Of a stretch of DNA of 64,000 nt, positions 18,622 to 29,441 are shown piece by piece. Position 1 is the stretch's first letter. The number at the start of each line of letters is the position of its first letter. Source of the DNA: an uncultured Chloroflexia bacterium (lineage in GTDB: Bacteria > Chloroflexota > Limnocylindria > Limnocylindrales > CSP1-4); NCBI GenBank assembly GCA_963819655.1, contig CAWFXA010000002.1:928001-992000 (forward strand). The letters run 5' to 3'. Under the pieces are notes generated by a model. The model was given only the letters and a program-made list of their open reading frames with translations, did no database searches and was not told the origin of the DNA. The translations under genes and the position numbers were made by a program.

Positions 18622-19859
18622 TCGTGTTGATCGGTCGGGACGAGCTCGGACACCGGAGCGAGACCGTTCGGCGGGCGAACCTGAGCACGATCGTGCGCGA
18701 ACTGCACGGCAGCGGCACGCTCTCGCGCTCCGAGCTCGTCGGCCGCACCGGCCTGACTCGGAGTGCGATCCGCGGACTCATCGGGGAGCTCGTCGCTGGC
18801 CGCCTTGCGACCGAGGGTCCAGCGACCCTCGATGGCACGCCGGGACGGCCATCGCCTCTCGTCCGGCCGGATCCGAACGGCGCCGTGGTCCTCGCTCTCG
18901 AGATCGCCGTCGACTCGCTCGCGGCAGCGACGGTCGGGCTCGGCGGCGAGGTCATGGACCTCGTCCGCGTCGATCTCCCGCGCGGACGCTCGAGCGTCGT
19001 CGATATCGCCGCCGAGCTGGCGGAGCTCGCGCGCTCAGTGCGGGATCGACTCCCGGCGCCGGACGCGATCGTCGGCGTCGGCGTCGCCGTGGTCGGTGTC
19101 GTGCGCCGCAGGGACGGCATGGTGTCGACGGCCCCCAACCTGGGCTGGCGCGATGAGCCGCTCGGCGTGCATCTTGCCGAGAGCCTCGGATGGGACGTGC
19201 CGATCGCGTTCGCCAACGACGCCGACCTGGCGGCCCTCGCGGAGCATCGACGTGGCGTCGCCCGCGGCATCGACGACGTCGTGCTCGTCTGGGGGTCGGT
19301 CGGCGTGGGCGGTGGCCTCATCGTCGATGGTGAGCCGCTGACGGGCGTCGCCGGCTACAGCGGCGAGGTCGGGCACATCCCGGTCAACCCCGACGGGCGG
19401 CCGTGTCGCTGCGGGTCGATCGGCTGCTGGGAGACCGAGGTCGGGACCAGCGCGCTACTGCGCCGCGCCGGTCGACCGGCGGAGGGCGGCAACGATGCGG
19501 TCAGTGCGGTCCTCGCCGATGCGGAGGCCGGCGACCCGGTCGCGCTCGCAGCCTTTGCAGAGACCGGCCGCTGGCTCGGCATCGGCCTCGCCGGCATCAT
19601 CAACATCCTCAACCCGGAGCTCGTCGTGCTCGGTGGACGGCTCAGTGCGAGCTACCCGTTCGTGCGCTCGGCGCTGGAAGCCGAGCTAGACCGTCGCGTC
19701 GTGCGCGCGTCGCGCCGGATCATGCATGTCGTAACTACCCGCCTCGGTGCCGATGCGCCCCTCATGGGCGCTGCCGAGCTGGCGTTCGAACCGTTACTCG
19801 CAGATCCCGCGGCATGGCTGCGTCCCCGCCTGGCCATGACCGCACTGGCGAGCGCGTGA
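18600..19859 (+). CDS. xylR: ROK-family transcriptional repressor (XylR-like)
   Basis: N-terminal wHTH SRSELVGRTGLTRS...GRP; ROK motifs APNLGW, ANDADLAALAE, GEVGH, CRCGSIGCWET. Heads the xylose operon. True start may be 18624 or 18627. Confidence 0.88.
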   Translation: MRKRNTNLVLIGRDELGHRSETVRRANLSTIVRELHGSGTLSRSELVGRTGLTRSAIRGLIGELVAGRLATEGPATLDGTPGRPSPLVRPDPNGAVVLALEIAVDSLAAATVGLGGEVMDLVRVDLPRGRSSVVDIAAELAELARSVRDRLPAPDAIVGVGVAVVGVVRRRDGMVSTAPNLGWRDEPLGVHLAESLGWDVPIAFANDADLAALAEHRRGVARGIDDVVLVWGSVGVGGGLIVDGEPLTGVAGYSGEVGHIPVNPDGRPCRCGSIGCWETEVGTSALLRRAGRPAEGGNDAVSAVLADAEAGDPVALAAFAETGRWLGIGLAGIINILNPELVVLGGRLSASYPFVRSALEAELDRRVVRASRRIMHVVTTRLGADAPLMGAAELAFEPLLADPAAWLRPRLAMTALASA

Positions 19860-19968
19860 GGAGGCCGTAGAAAGGAGGGAACGAAGGGGGCGCGGGGCGT
19901 CACCGATGGTAGCCTTGGGTCCGACATCGGATCGCTCGAGGCGCAACCGCACAGGAGGAGAGTCAACG

Positions 19969-21096
19969 ATGTCCATTCGAAGGGTGGCCGCGCTCTCGTT
20001 GAGCGCCGTCCTACTTCTCGCCGCCTGCTCGACGGGCGGCGGTGCCTCATCGGCACCAAGCGCCGCAGCGAGCGCACCGGCTGCCAGCGAACCCGCAGCC
20101 AGCGCGTCGGGCAGCGCCGCCGCTACCGACTGCAAGGTCGGGGTGTCCTGGAACAACTTCAAGGAAGAGCGTTGGGCCAAGTGGGACGAGCCCAACATCA
20201 AGCAGGTCGTTGAGGGTGCGGGCGGCTCGTACGTCGGCACCGACGCGGGTTCGTCCGCCGAGAAGCAGGCGACGGACGTCGAGCAGCTCATCACCGACGG
20301 CGCGAAGGTGATCATCATCCTGGCCCAGGACGGCACGGCGATCCAGCCGACCGTGCAGGCCGCGGTTGATCAAGGCATCCCGGTCATCGCGTACGACCGC
20401 CTGATCGAGAACGAGAAGGCCTTCTACATCACCTTCGACAACCCGCTCGTCGGACAGCTGATGGCCGAGGAGATCGTCAAGGTCGTGCCCGCGGGCAACT
20501 ACGTGATCATCAAGGGCAACAGCGCCGACGCGAACTCCGACTTCCTGCGGGCGGGCATCGAGAAGGTCATCGGCGCTTCGGTCGCGTCCGGCGACATCAA
20601 GATCGTCGGCGAGGACTACACCGACAACTGGGATGCTGCCATCGCGCAGACCACCATGGAGCAGTTCCTCACCGCCGAGGACAACAAGGTCGACGCGGCC
20701 ATCGTGCTCAACGACGGCATGGCCGGAGGCGTCGTCGCGGCGCTCAAGGGCCAGGGCCTCGATGGCAAGGTCCCCGTCACGGGGCAGGACGCTGACAAGG
20801 CGGCCCTGAACCGCGTCGCGCTCGGCACCCAGCTCGTCAGCGTCGGCAAGGACGCTCGCCTGCTTGGCGCCGCGGCCGGCACCGCCGCCGTCGCGCTCTG
20901 CTCCGGCACTGCGCTCGCCGACGTCGCAGGCGCTGTCCAGTTCGAGACCCCCGAGAAGAAGATCATGATGAGCTCGATCTTCCTGCAGCCCGAGCCCATC
21001 ACCAAGGCCAACCTCCAGAAGGCCATCGACAACGAATGGGTCACCAAGGAGGAACTCTGCAAGGACGTGCCCGCCGGGTCCGTCGCCCCCTGCTGA
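19969..21096 (+). CDS. xylF: xylose ABC transporter substrate-binding lipoprotein
   Basis: AGGAGG RBS; lipobox LAAC; EERWAKWD, IAYDRLI, YITFDN, NDGMAGG, TGQDAD. Confidence 0.9.
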   Translation: MSIRRVAALSLSAVLLLAACSTGGGASSAPSAAASAPAASEPAASASGSAAATDCKVGVSWNNFKEERWAKWDEPNIKQVVEGAGGSYVGTDAGSSAEKQATDVEQLITDGAKVIIILAQDGTAIQPTVQAAVDQGIPVIAYDRLIENEKAFYITFDNPLVGQLMAEEIVKVVPAGNYVIIKGNSADANSDFLRAGIEKVIGASVASGDIKIVGEDYTDNWDAAIAQTTMEQFLTAEDNKVDAAIVLNDGMAGGVVAALKGQGLDGKVPVTGQDADKAALNRVALGTQLVSVGKDARLLGAAAGTAAVALCSGTALADVAGAVQFETPEKKIMMSSIFLQPEPITKANLQKAIDNEWVTKEELCKDVPAGSVAPC

Positions 21097-21119
21097 GATC
21101 CGCCCCAGCGCGATCATTC

Positions 21120-21154
21120 ACGCGCCCTGCTCCGCGCCGCGGAGCAGGGCGCGT
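21120..21154 (+). terminator. long hairpin between binding-protein and permease genes (mRNA-stabilising or partial terminator)
   Basis: Perfect 16-bp inverted repeat ACGCGCCCTGCTCCGC-gcc-GCGGAGCAGGGCGCGT. Confidence 0.7.
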
Positions 21155-21185
21155 CGCCAATCCCCGGCAGTGAGGGAGCCGCTCG

Positions 21186-22508
21186 ATGAGCCAGAGCACC
21201 GTCGCCGCCGCCGCAGAGGCGGGAGCCAGACCCCCTCGGCCCTTGCGGTCGATGCTCCTATCGATGGAGATCGACACACGGTTGCTGGGCATGATCGGGG
21301 CAACGGCCGTCATCTGGATCGTGTTCAACATCCTGTCCGGAGGGTCGTTCCTCACAGCTCGTAACCTCTGGAACCTCTCGGTCCAGTCGGCGGCGGTCGC
21401 GGTCATGGCCTCCGGCATGGTCCTGATCATCGTGTCCCGGAATATCGACCTGTCCGTGGGGTCCATGCTCGGGTTCACGGGGATGTTCATGGCGCTCATG
21501 CAGGCCGAGTGGCTGCCCAACACTCTTGGGCTCGGCCTGGGCAACCCGTTGACCTGGATCATCGCCCTGGCCGCGGGCATCATCGTCGGCATCGCCGTCG
21601 GCGGCCTGCAAGGGCTCCTGGTCGCCTACGTGGGCATCCCATCGTTCATCGTCACGCTCGGCGGGCTGCTCGTCTGGCGCGGCTTCGCATGGACCCTGGC
21701 CTCGGGTCGGACGATCGCCCCCCTGGACGGCACCTTCCTGCTCCTGGGCGGCGGACCCAGAGGATCCGTCGGGGCCACCATCTCGTGGATCATCGGCGGC
21801 CTTGCCGTTGCCGCGTTGATCTATGCCCTGATCAGCGGCCGGCGACGCCGACGCCGCTACGGCTTCCCGGTCCGCCCGATGTGGGCCGAGATCACGATCG
21901 GCCTGGTCGGTGGTATCGGCGCCTTCGGCGCGGTCTGGATCGCCAACAACTACTTCTGGCCCGAGGGCCTGGCCCGTGCGTTCGCCGAGGCCAATGGCAT
22001 CGCCTGGCCGGTCGGCGGACTGCAGATCCCGACCGGCATCGCCAACCCCGTGCTCATCGCGATCGGCGTGACGGTGATCATGACCATGCTCGCCACCCGG
22101 CGTCGCTTCGGTCGTTATGTCTACGCGATCGGCGGCAACCCCGAAGCGGCCGAGCTGGGTGGCATCAACACCAAGCGGATCATCATGATGACCTTCGTCC
22201 TCATGGGCGTCCTCGCTGCCGTCAGCGGTGCGATCTCGATCGCCCGCCTCGAGTCGGCGGTCGTCGGCCTCGGGGTTGGCGCGGAACTGGCGGTCATCGC
22301 CGCCGTCGTCATCGGCGGAACGTCGTTCGCGGGCGGCATCGGCACCATCCCCGGCGCGGTCTTCGGCGCCGTTCTCATGCAGTCGCTCCAGTCGGGCATG
22401 GCCCTCCTGAAGGTCGCCGCCCCCATCCAGGACATCATCGTCGGCATCGTGCTCGTCACGGCGGTCGGTCTCGATATCGTTCTCCGGCGTCGAGCTGGGA
22501 GGCCCTGA
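21186..22508 (+). CDS. xylH: xylose ABC transporter permease
   Basis: [47 protein letters not shown]. Confidence 0.92.
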   Translation: MSQSTVAAAAEAGARPPRPLRSMLLSMEIDTRLLGMIGATAVIWIVFNILSGGSFLTARNLWNLSVQSAAVAVMASGMVLIIVSRNIDLSVGSMLGFTGMFMALMQAEWLPNTLGLGLGNPLTWIIALAAGIIVGIAVGGLQGLLVAYVGIPSFIVTLGGLLVWRGFAWTLASGRTIAPLDGTFLLLGGGPRGSVGATISWIIGGLAVAALIYALISGRRRRRRYGFPVRPMWAEITIGLVGGIGAFGAVWIANNYFWPEGLARAFAEANGIAWPVGGLQIPTGIANPVLIAIGVTVIMTMLATRRRFGRYVYAIGGNPEAAELGGINTKRIIMMTFVLMGVLAAVSGAISIARLESAVVGLGVGAELAVIAAVVIGGTSFAGGIGTIPGAVFGAVLMQSLQSGMALLKVAAPIQDIIVGIVLVTAVGLDIVLRRRAGRP

Positions 22509-23389
22509 TGACCCTCGCCCGATCCGGGACGCCTGAGCCCCAGCCGCCACAGCCTGCGGTCACGGATCCCGCCACCGATCCGGTCGTGGCGCCACCGGCG
22601 GCCACCTCCGTCGGGACGGCGCCGCTCGTCGAGATGCGGGACATCCGCGTCTCGTTCGGCGGCGTCCACGCCGTCGACGGCGTGAGCGTGGATCTCCAGG
22701 CCGGCGAGGTCGTCGGCCTGGTCGGCGGCAATGGCGCCGGCAAGTCGACCCTCATGCGGGTCCTGTCCGGTGCCCACCTCGCCGATTCCGGCCAGATCCA
22801 GGTCGACGGCGAGGAGGTCACGATCAACAACCCTCGCGACGCGAAGGCCATGGGGATCGAGACGATCTACCAGACCCTCGCGCTGGCGGACAACGTGGAC
22901 GCTGCGGCCAACCTGTTCCTTGGCCGTGAGCTGACCACGCGCTTCGGGTCACTCGACGACTCCGCCATGGAGTCCGCGACTCGCAAGGTCATGGGCCGGC
23001 TCAACCCCCGGTTCAGGAACTTCAAGGCCCCCGTCAAGTCCCTGTCGGGCGGCCAGCGCCAGTCCGTGGCCATCGCCCGGGCGATCCACTTCAACGCCCG
23101 GATCCTGATCATGGACGAGCCGACTGCGGCGCTCGGTCCAGCCGAGACCAACCAGGTCCGCGAGCTCGTGGCCCAGCTCAAGGACGAGGGCATCGGCATC
23201 TTCCTGATCAGCCACGACATCCATGACGTGTTCGACCTCGCCGATCGGATCAGCGTCATGCTCCAGGGCAAGCTCGTGGGCACGGTCAACAAGGACGACG
23301 TGACCAAGGACGAGGTCCTGGCGATGATCATCATGGGCCGAAAGCCCGGCGAGGTCACGGAGCGCGACCTCGCCGAGCTGCACGGCTAG
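22508..23389 (+). CDS. sugar ABC transporter ATP-binding protein (single NBD)
   Basis: [28 protein letters not shown]. The ATG overlaps the permease TGA. Confidence 0.92.
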   Translation: MTLARSGTPEPQPPQPAVTDPATDPVVAPPAATSVGTAPLVEMRDIRVSFGGVHAVDGVSVDLQAGEVVGLVGGNGAGKSTLMRVLSGAHLADSGQIQVDGEEVTINNPRDAKAMGIETIYQTLALADNVDAAANLFLGRELTTRFGSLDDSAMESATRKVMGRLNPRFRNFKAPVKSLSGGQRQSVAIARAIHFNARILIMDEPTAALGPAETNQVRELVAQLKDEGIGIFLISHDIHDVFDLADRISVMLQGKLVGTVNKDDVTKDEVLAMIIMGRKPGEVTERDLAELHG

Positions 23390-24870
23390 AGCCGTCTGAA
23401 CGAGGGCGCCAGGGCGGGGTACAGCTCGCGGTATGCGGCGTGGACCTCGGCGTAGTGGCCGGCGTCCGGTCCGGGTGATGCCGCCGGCCTGATCCGGACG
23501 AAGGCGCGGGCCACCTCCTCGACCGTCGCATGCCAGCCGGCCCCCACCGCCCCCAGCAACGCCGCCCCGTAGGCGGCACCCTCCGTCGTCTCGACCGTCG
23601 CCAGCTCGGTCCCGAGCACGTCGGCCAGGATCTGCCGCCAGAGAGGACTGGCGGTCCCACCACCGGATGCTCTGATCTGATCCGGCGCCGGCATCCCGGT
23701 CGCGATCATCTGGTCGAGGCCGTCACGCAGGCCGAAGGCCACGCCCTCCAACACGGCTCGCGTGAGGTGCCGGCGATCGTGTGCGAGCGACAGCCCGACG
23801 AACGCGCCGCGTGCCTGGGGATCCGGATGGGGGCTCCGCTCGCCGCTGAGATACGGGAGGAACAGCAACCCGTCAGAGCCCGCCGCCACGCTGCCCGCCG
23901 CCGCGACCAGCGTCCCGAAATCCTCGCCCGGTGCGAGCGTGTCGCGGAACCAGCGCAGGCTGCCCGCCGCCGACAACATCACCGTCATCAGGTGCCAGCG
24001 CCCCGGCACGGCGTGACAGAACGCGTGGACCTGACCGGCCGGATCGCGGAGCGGCCGATCGGTGGTGGCGAACACGACCCCGGACGTGCCGAGCGAGAGC
24101 GCGACGACGCCGGGATCGACCGCGCCGACCCCGACCGCGTTCGCGGCCTGATCGCCGCCGCCGGCGATGACCGGGGTGCCGGCACGCAGACCGGTCGCCT
24201 CAGCCGCGGCCGTCGAGACCGTGCCCGTCACCTCCGGACCCTCGAAGGTCGGCGGCAGCCAGACCGGCTCGATCCCCAGGGCCTCGACGACCTCCCGCGA
24301 CCAGTCACGGCCCGCGAGGTCGAACAGGATCGTGCCCGCGCCATCGGCCTTGTCGAGGGCATGATCGCCGGTCAGCCGGAGCCGCACGTAGTCCTTGGGC
24401 AGGAGCACGTGGGCGACGCGCGACCACACGTCCGGTTCGTTGTCCCGGACCCAGACCAGCTTCGGTGAGGTGAAACCGGTCAGCGCGTCATTGCCGGTGA
24501 TCTCGATGAGGCGCTGCGGCCCGACCGCCTCGCGGATCGCATCGCACGCGGCGGCCGTGCGCTGGTCGTTCCACAGGATCGCCGGTCGGAGCACGGCGTC
24601 GTCCGCACCCAGCAACACGAGTCCGTGCATCTGACCGGTCAGACCGATGGCCGCGACCGCGTCGCCCGAGATGCCGGTCGAGCCCAACACCCCCCGGATC
24701 GCGGCGACCGTCGCGTCCCACCACAGGGTCGGTGATTGCTCCGTCCAACCGGGACGCGGGATCTCGAAGTCGTACTCGCTGACCCCGATCCCGACGACGG
24801 TCCCACCTTCGTCGACGAGGACCGCCTTGGTCGCGGTCGTCGACGTGTCGATGCCGACGACGTGGCGCAT
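23386..24870 (-). CDS. xylB: xylulokinase
   Basis: [53 protein letters not shown]. Confidence 0.95.
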   Translation of the reverse strand: MRHVVGIDTSTTATKAVLVDEGGTVVGIGVSEYDFEIPRPGWTEQSPTLWWDATVAAIRGVLGSTGISGDAVAAIGLTGQMHGLVLLGADDAVLRPAILWNDQRTAAACDAIREAVGPQRLIEITGNDALTGFTSPKLVWVRDNEPDVWSRVAHVLLPKDYVRLRLTGDHALDKADGAGTILFDLAGRDWSREVVEALGIEPVWLPPTFEGPEVTGTVSTAAAEATGLRAGTPVIAGGGDQAANAVGVGAVDPGVVALSLGTSGVVFATTDRPLRDPAGQVHAFCHAVPGRWHLMTVMLSAAGSLRWFRDTLAPGEDFGTLVAAAGSVAAGSDGLLFLPYLSGERSPHPDPQARGAFVGLSLAHDRRHLTRAVLEGVAFGLRDGLDQMIATGMPAPDQIRASGGGTASPLWRQILADVLGTELATVETTEGAAYGAALLGAVGAGWHATVEEVARAFVRIRPAASPGPDAGHYAEVHAAYRELYPALAPSFRRL

Positions 24871-24875
24871 CCCGG

Positions 24876-26240
24876 TCAGCGCCGTGGGCCGGTCGTCACC
24901 CGCGACGCGTCTGCCGACCAGACGGACTGGTTGACCAGGTTCTCGAGAAGCTCCTGGTGCCCGGACTGTGGGCTCGGGGAGATCGCGCCTGACGCCACCT
25001 TGGATTCGAGCGATTCCAGCGACTCCGCGCCATCGAGGATCGCCCGGCCGATCGGTCCGTCCCAGCCGGCATACCGCTCGGCCTTGCGTTCGGCCAACTC
25101 ACCACGCTCGATGAGGTCGGCCGCGACGAGCAGCGCGCGGGCCAGCGTGTCGAGGCCGCCGATGTGCGCATGGAACAGGTCGGTTCGGTGCGTACTCTGC
25201 CGACGCAGCTTCGCATCGAAGTTGAAGCCGCCAGGGTCGATGCCGCCGTGCTGCAGGATCTCGTAGAGCGGCAGTGCCAGATCCTCGACCGAGTTCGGGA
25301 ACTGGTCGGTATCCCAGCCGTTCTGCGGATCGCCCCGGTTCGCATCGATGCTGCCGAGGCTGCCGTTGGCGACCGCGAACGCGACCTCGTGATGGAAGCT
25401 GTGCCCCGCGAGCGTCGCGTGGTTGGCCTCGATGTTGACGCGGTACTCGCCCTCGAGGCCGTGCCGGACGAGGAAGCCGTGGACCGTGGCGACGTCGTAG
25501 TCGTACTGGTGCTTGGTCGGCTCCATCGGCTTGGGTTCGATCAGCAGCTGCCCGTCGAATCCGATGCGATGCTTGTGCTCGGCCACGAGGGACAGGAAGC
25601 GGGCCAGCTGCTCGCCCTCGCGCCGCAGGTCGGTATTGAGCAGGGTGTCGTAGCCCTCCCGGCCGCCCCACAGGACGTAGTTCTGGCCGCCCAGCCGGTG
25701 GGTGACTTCGAGCATGTGCTTGACCTGGGCGGCCGCATAGGCGAACACCAGCGGGTCCGGGTTGGTCGCGGCCCCGGCCTGGTAGCGCGGATGGGTGAAC
25801 AGGTTTGCCGTCCCCCACAGCAATCGCACTCCGGTCCGGTCCTGGTAGCCCGCCGCGTCGTCCACGAGCGCATCGAGGTTCGCGCGGAACTCCGCGAAGG
25901 TGTCGCCCTCCGGCGCGACATCCCGATCGTGGAAGCAGTAGTAGGGGATGTCGATCTTCGAGAAGAACTCGAAGGCAACGGCCATCTTGGTCCGGGCGTC
26001 GGCCATCGGATCCCCGCTGCCCGCCAGCCAGGGCCGGTCCAGCGTCCCGATGCCGAACATGTCGAACCCAGGCCAGGCGAACGAATGCCAGAAGCAGACG
26101 CCGGGTCGGAGGTGCTCCTCCATCCGCTTTCCGAGCACGACCCGGTCCTTGTCGTAGACCTTGAAGGCGAGCGGGCTCGTCGAGTCGAGACCCTCGAACC
26201 GGATCGGCTCGGTGACCTCCGTGAAGAACGCGTCGCCCAC
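24876..26240 (-). CDS. xylA: xylose isomerase (class II)
   Basis: [63 protein letters not shown] before GTG 26240. Confidence 0.97.
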   Translation of the reverse strand: MGDAFFTEVTEPIRFEGLDSTSPLAFKVYDKDRVVLGKRMEEHLRPGVCFWHSFAWPGFDMFGIGTLDRPWLAGSGDPMADARTKMAVAFEFFSKIDIPYYCFHDRDVAPEGDTFAEFRANLDALVDDAAGYQDRTGVRLLWGTANLFTHPRYQAGAATNPDPLVFAYAAAQVKHMLEVTHRLGGQNYVLWGGREGYDTLLNTDLRREGEQLARFLSLVAEHKHRIGFDGQLLIEPKPMEPTKHQYDYDVATVHGFLVRHGLEGEYRVNIEANHATLAGHSFHHEVAFAVANGSLGSIDANRGDPQNGWDTDQFPNSVEDLALPLYEILQHGGIDPGGFNFDAKLRRQSTHRTDLFHAHIGGLDTLARALLVAADLIERGELAERKAERYAGWDGPIGRAILDGAESLESLESKVASGAISPSPQSGHQELLENLVNQSVWSADASRVTTGPRR

Positions 26241-26296
26241 CGCCGGATCCTCCTCGAAAACCCTCAGTCCACCCGCGCCCGCAGCGTAGCACCGCG

Positions 26297-26320
26297 ATTT
26301 GTAGGAGCGAAGCACAAACC
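26297..26320. promoter_or_regulatory. candidate ROK/XylR operator 2, over the xylA promoter
   Basis: ATTTG-taggagcgaag-CACAAACC, just upstream of a minus-strand extended -10 TGcTACGCT at 26283-26291. Confidence 0.65.
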
Positions 26321-26364
26321 GTCGTCCCTGGCCCAGCGATGCTCCGCGCGAGGGACGCGGAGGT

Positions 26365-26655
26365 CTAGTGCAGGCGGCTGACGGGGACGTCCTCGGGTGG
26401 ACGGTCGAGTTCGATCACCTCCGCCTGGGGGCCGACCTCGGATGCGCTCGGGCCCGCGGCGTCCCGCTCGGGGTGCTCAGAGAAGTCGAAGTGGATCGTG
26501 TCCTCTTCCTGGACCCCACGCGGCCACCCGTACGAGCGGTAGCCGATGAACCCCAGACCGAAGGCCTCGAGCGCGCGGCCGTCGCGCGCATCGGCAAGCC
26601 AGCCGACGAGGGCGGCGCCGACGAGGAGCACGACGATCATGGTCGCGAGATCCAT
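26365..26655 (-). CDS. small membrane-anchored hypothetical protein
   Basis: GAGG RBS, N-terminal TM segment, WPRGVQEED motif. Confidence 0.6.
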   Translation of the reverse strand: MDLATMIVVLLVGAALVGWLADARDGRALEAFGLGFIGYRSYGWPRGVQEEDTIHFDFSEHPERDAAGPSASEVGPQAEVIELDRPPEDVPVSRLH

Positions 26656-26743
26656 GCGATGACCTCTGTTCGCCTCGACTGTGCTCCCGTCCCTGCGACT
26701 CGTCAACCGTAGGGTCGGCCCCATGCGGTGTAGCATCGCGGCC

Positions 26744-27973
26744 ATGACCGACCGGGATCCGAAGGGTTTCTCGACCCGCGCCATCCGCGCGGCCTCGCGC
26801 ACGCCGGCCGTGAATCAGCGGCCGACCACCGTTCCGATCTACCAGACCGCAACGTTCACCTCGACCGACGCCGAGGAGCTGGCCGACGTCGTCAGCGACG
26901 CCCGGGCCGGGTACTCGTATACCCGCCTCTCCAACCCGACCAGCCGCGCCCTGGGCGACGCCTTCGCCGAGATCTCCGGAGCGGAAGCCGGCACCTCGCT
27001 GTCCTCGGGCATGGGTGCGGTCCACGCGGCCCTCGGCTCGCAGCTCAAGGCGGGCGACCGGATCGTCGGTCCGCTTGCGGCATATGGCTCGACCCGCAAG
27101 CTCCTGAGCGACATCTTCACCCGGTTCGGAGTCCGCGTCGACCTCGTCGACATGACCGACAACACAGCTGTGGCCGCGGCCATCGCGGCGTCACCGACCA
27201 CGGTCGTCTACGCCGAGACGATCGCCAACCCGACGACCGTGGTGACCGATCACGCGACGGTCGCTCGGCTCGCGCACGAGCACGGGGCGACCTACCTGGT
27301 CGACAACACGTTCGCCTCGCCCTACGTCTGCCAGCCGGTCGAGCTCGGCGCGGACCTCGTCATCGAATCGGCGACCAAGTTCCTCGGTGGCCACAGCGAT
27401 GTCATCGCGGGCGTCGTCGCCGGCCGCGCCGACCTGGTCCGTCAGGTCGAGGCGTTTCAGAACGACACGGGCGGCACCATCGGCCCCTTCGATGCGTTCC
27501 TCGTCCTGCGCGGGCTGCTGACGCTGGGCGTGCGGATGGAGCGCCATTCCGGGAATGCCGCGGCACTCGGGGCGTGGCTCGAGCGTCAGGATGGCGTGGT
27601 CCGCGTCCTGTATCCAGGTCTTCCCAGCCATCCACAGCATGATGTCGCCGTCCGCCAGTTCCGCGACGGCGTCTCCGGAGGGATGCTCGCCTTCGACGTC
27701 GAGGGCGGTCGCGAGGCCGGTCAGGCGATCATCGATGCGATGGCCCTCCCCGAGCTGACGGCCTCGCTCGGCAGCGTCCACACGTTCGTCGTCCACCCGC
27801 CATCGACCTCCCAGCGCCAGCTCTCGGAGGACGAGCTGGTCGCGTCGGGCATCAACCCGGGTCTGCTGCGCGTGTCCGTGGGCCTCGAGGATGTCGAGGA
27901 TCTGCAGGCAGACTTCGCCGCCGCACTCGAGGTCGCACGCGGCGCGGCGCGCCGCGCCACGGTCGGCGTCTAG
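26744..27973 (+). CDS. Cys/Met metabolism PLP enzyme (cystathionine gamma-synthase / O-acylhomoserine sulfhydrylase / Met gamma-lyase family)
   Basis: [55 protein letters not shown]. Confidence 0.92.
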   Translation: MTDRDPKGFSTRAIRAASRTPAVNQRPTTVPIYQTATFTSTDAEELADVVSDARAGYSYTRLSNPTSRALGDAFAEISGAEAGTSLSSGMGAVHAALGSQLKAGDRIVGPLAAYGSTRKLLSDIFTRFGVRVDLVDMTDNTAVAAAIAASPTTVVYAETIANPTTVVTDHATVARLAHEHGATYLVDNTFASPYVCQPVELGADLVIESATKFLGGHSDVIAGVVAGRADLVRQVEAFQNDTGGTIGPFDAFLVLRGLLTLGVRMERHSGNAAALGAWLERQDGVVRVLYPGLPSHPQHDVAVRQFRDGVSGGMLAFDVEGGREAGQAIIDAMALPELTASLGSVHTFVVHPPSTSQRQLSEDELVASGINPGLLRVSVGLEDVEDLQADFAAALEVARGAARRATVGV

Positions 27974-27983
27974 CCTCTATCCC

Positions 27984-29426
27984 GTGGCGACACCGGCCGC
28001 TGTCCGGGCGACGAGCGCCGCGGGCATCCCCACCAACCCGCTCGCCCAGCTCGGCCGCGGCATCTGGCGCCTGCTGACGTCGGTCGACTTCGCGGTCGTC
28101 CAGATCATCTTCCTGTCGATCCTTGCGGTGATCGGCATGACCCTCCAGCAGCTGCCCGACTTCGCGTTCCGCTCACCGGGTGACTACGCGAACGCCATCG
28201 AGGCCATCCACATCCGCTACGACCCGGTGCTGGGTCCCGGGCTGGTCAATGTCCTCGAGCGGCTCGGCGCGTTCTCGATCTTCAAGTCGGCGATCTTCGG
28301 GATCGGCCTTGTCGTCCTGGTCGTGTCGATCGTCGTGTGCACGCTGGATCGCACCCCGCGTCTGTGGCGGGACGTGTCCGTGGTGCGGGTCGCGCAACCC
28401 GAGCCATTCTTCGATCCGCGGGTCCCCGACCGGGCGGCCATGACCGGCATCGCCGGCACCGACCTGCTGCGGCTCGTCCGCAGCCGGGGCTTTCATGTCC
28501 GTGAGGAGACGACCGCCGACGGCACGACCTACGTCTACGGCGACCGCCACCAGTACACGAAGCTCGCCACGCTGCTGACCCACCTCGGCCTGATCCTCTT
28601 CCTCGTCGCGGCCGCGGTCACGTCGCGCTTCGGCGACGAACAAGGGCTGGTCGTCCCCGAGGGCGAGTCGCTGACCGTTCAGAGCATCGGCACCCGCGAC
28701 CTGTTGCTGGTCAAGAACCTCGACTTCGAGGCGCCGGGCTTCGAGACCGGCATGCCGACCGACTTCACGACCGACCTCGCGGTCTTCCAGAACGGCACCG
28801 AGGTGGCTCGCAAGACGATCCGCGTCAACGATCCGCTCGCGATCGGCGGGTACACATTCCACCAGAACGGATTCGGACCCGCGCCGCACCTGGTCATCCG
28901 TGACACCGCCGGCGCGCCGCTGTGGGACGCCAAGGTGCCGATGACCTCGTCCGCCGGCGGCGCACCGTACGAGACGATGGCGGTCCCCGGTCGGGACCTC
29001 GGGCTGCAACTGCTCCTCGGGCGGAACGAGGTCGGCGAGGGCATCCTGGTCGTGCTGCCCTATCGCATCCTCGGTACCAACCCGGACGGGACAGATCGGA
29101 TCCAGAATTTCGACGCCGTCCAGCTCCGGCGCGGCGACGAGAAGGTGTCCGATGCGCTGGGCCTCTCGATCACACTCGCCGACTTCGGCGAGTACACGCT
29201 GCTCATCGCGAAGCGCGACCCGGGCCAGGGCATCGTGTGGGCCGCGTTCTTGTGTCTCATCGCCGGCATCACCATCTCGTTCTATCGCCCGCGCCGTCGG
29301 ATATGGGCCAGGCTCGCACCCGATGGGCGCCTCGGGCTGGTCTTCCGCGCGGATCGCTACGTCGACGTCGAGCGCGAGTTCGGGGCGTTACTCGACGACC
29401 TCGTCGCGGTCCGTCGACCCGCGTGA
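27984..29426 (+). CDS. resB: cytochrome c biogenesis protein ResB/Ccs1-like
   Basis: WRLLTS, IGM.LQQ, S..VCT..R, THLG, IRVNDPL..GGY.FHQ, and DPG...RRRIW at the C-terminus. Confidence 0.85.
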   Translation: MATPAAVRATSAAGIPTNPLAQLGRGIWRLLTSVDFAVVQIIFLSILAVIGMTLQQLPDFAFRSPGDYANAIEAIHIRYDPVLGPGLVNVLERLGAFSIFKSAIFGIGLVVLVVSIVVCTLDRTPRLWRDVSVVRVAQPEPFFDPRVPDRAAMTGIAGTDLLRLVRSRGFHVREETTADGTTYVYGDRHQYTKLATLLTHLGLILFLVAAAVTSRFGDEQGLVVPEGESLTVQSIGTRDLLLVKNLDFEAPGFETGMPTDFTTDLAVFQNGTEVARKTIRVNDPLAIGGYTFHQNGFGPAPHLVIRDTAGAPLWDAKVPMTSSAGGAPYETMAVPGRDLGLQLLLGRNEVGEGILVVLPYRILGTNPDGTDRIQNFDAVQLRRGDEKVSDALGLSITLADFGEYTLLIAKRDPGQGIVWAAFLCLIAGITISFYRPRRRIWARLAPDGRLGLVFRADRYVDVEREFGALLDDLVAVRRPA

Positions 29427-29441
29427 CGCCCTGAGCGCTCG

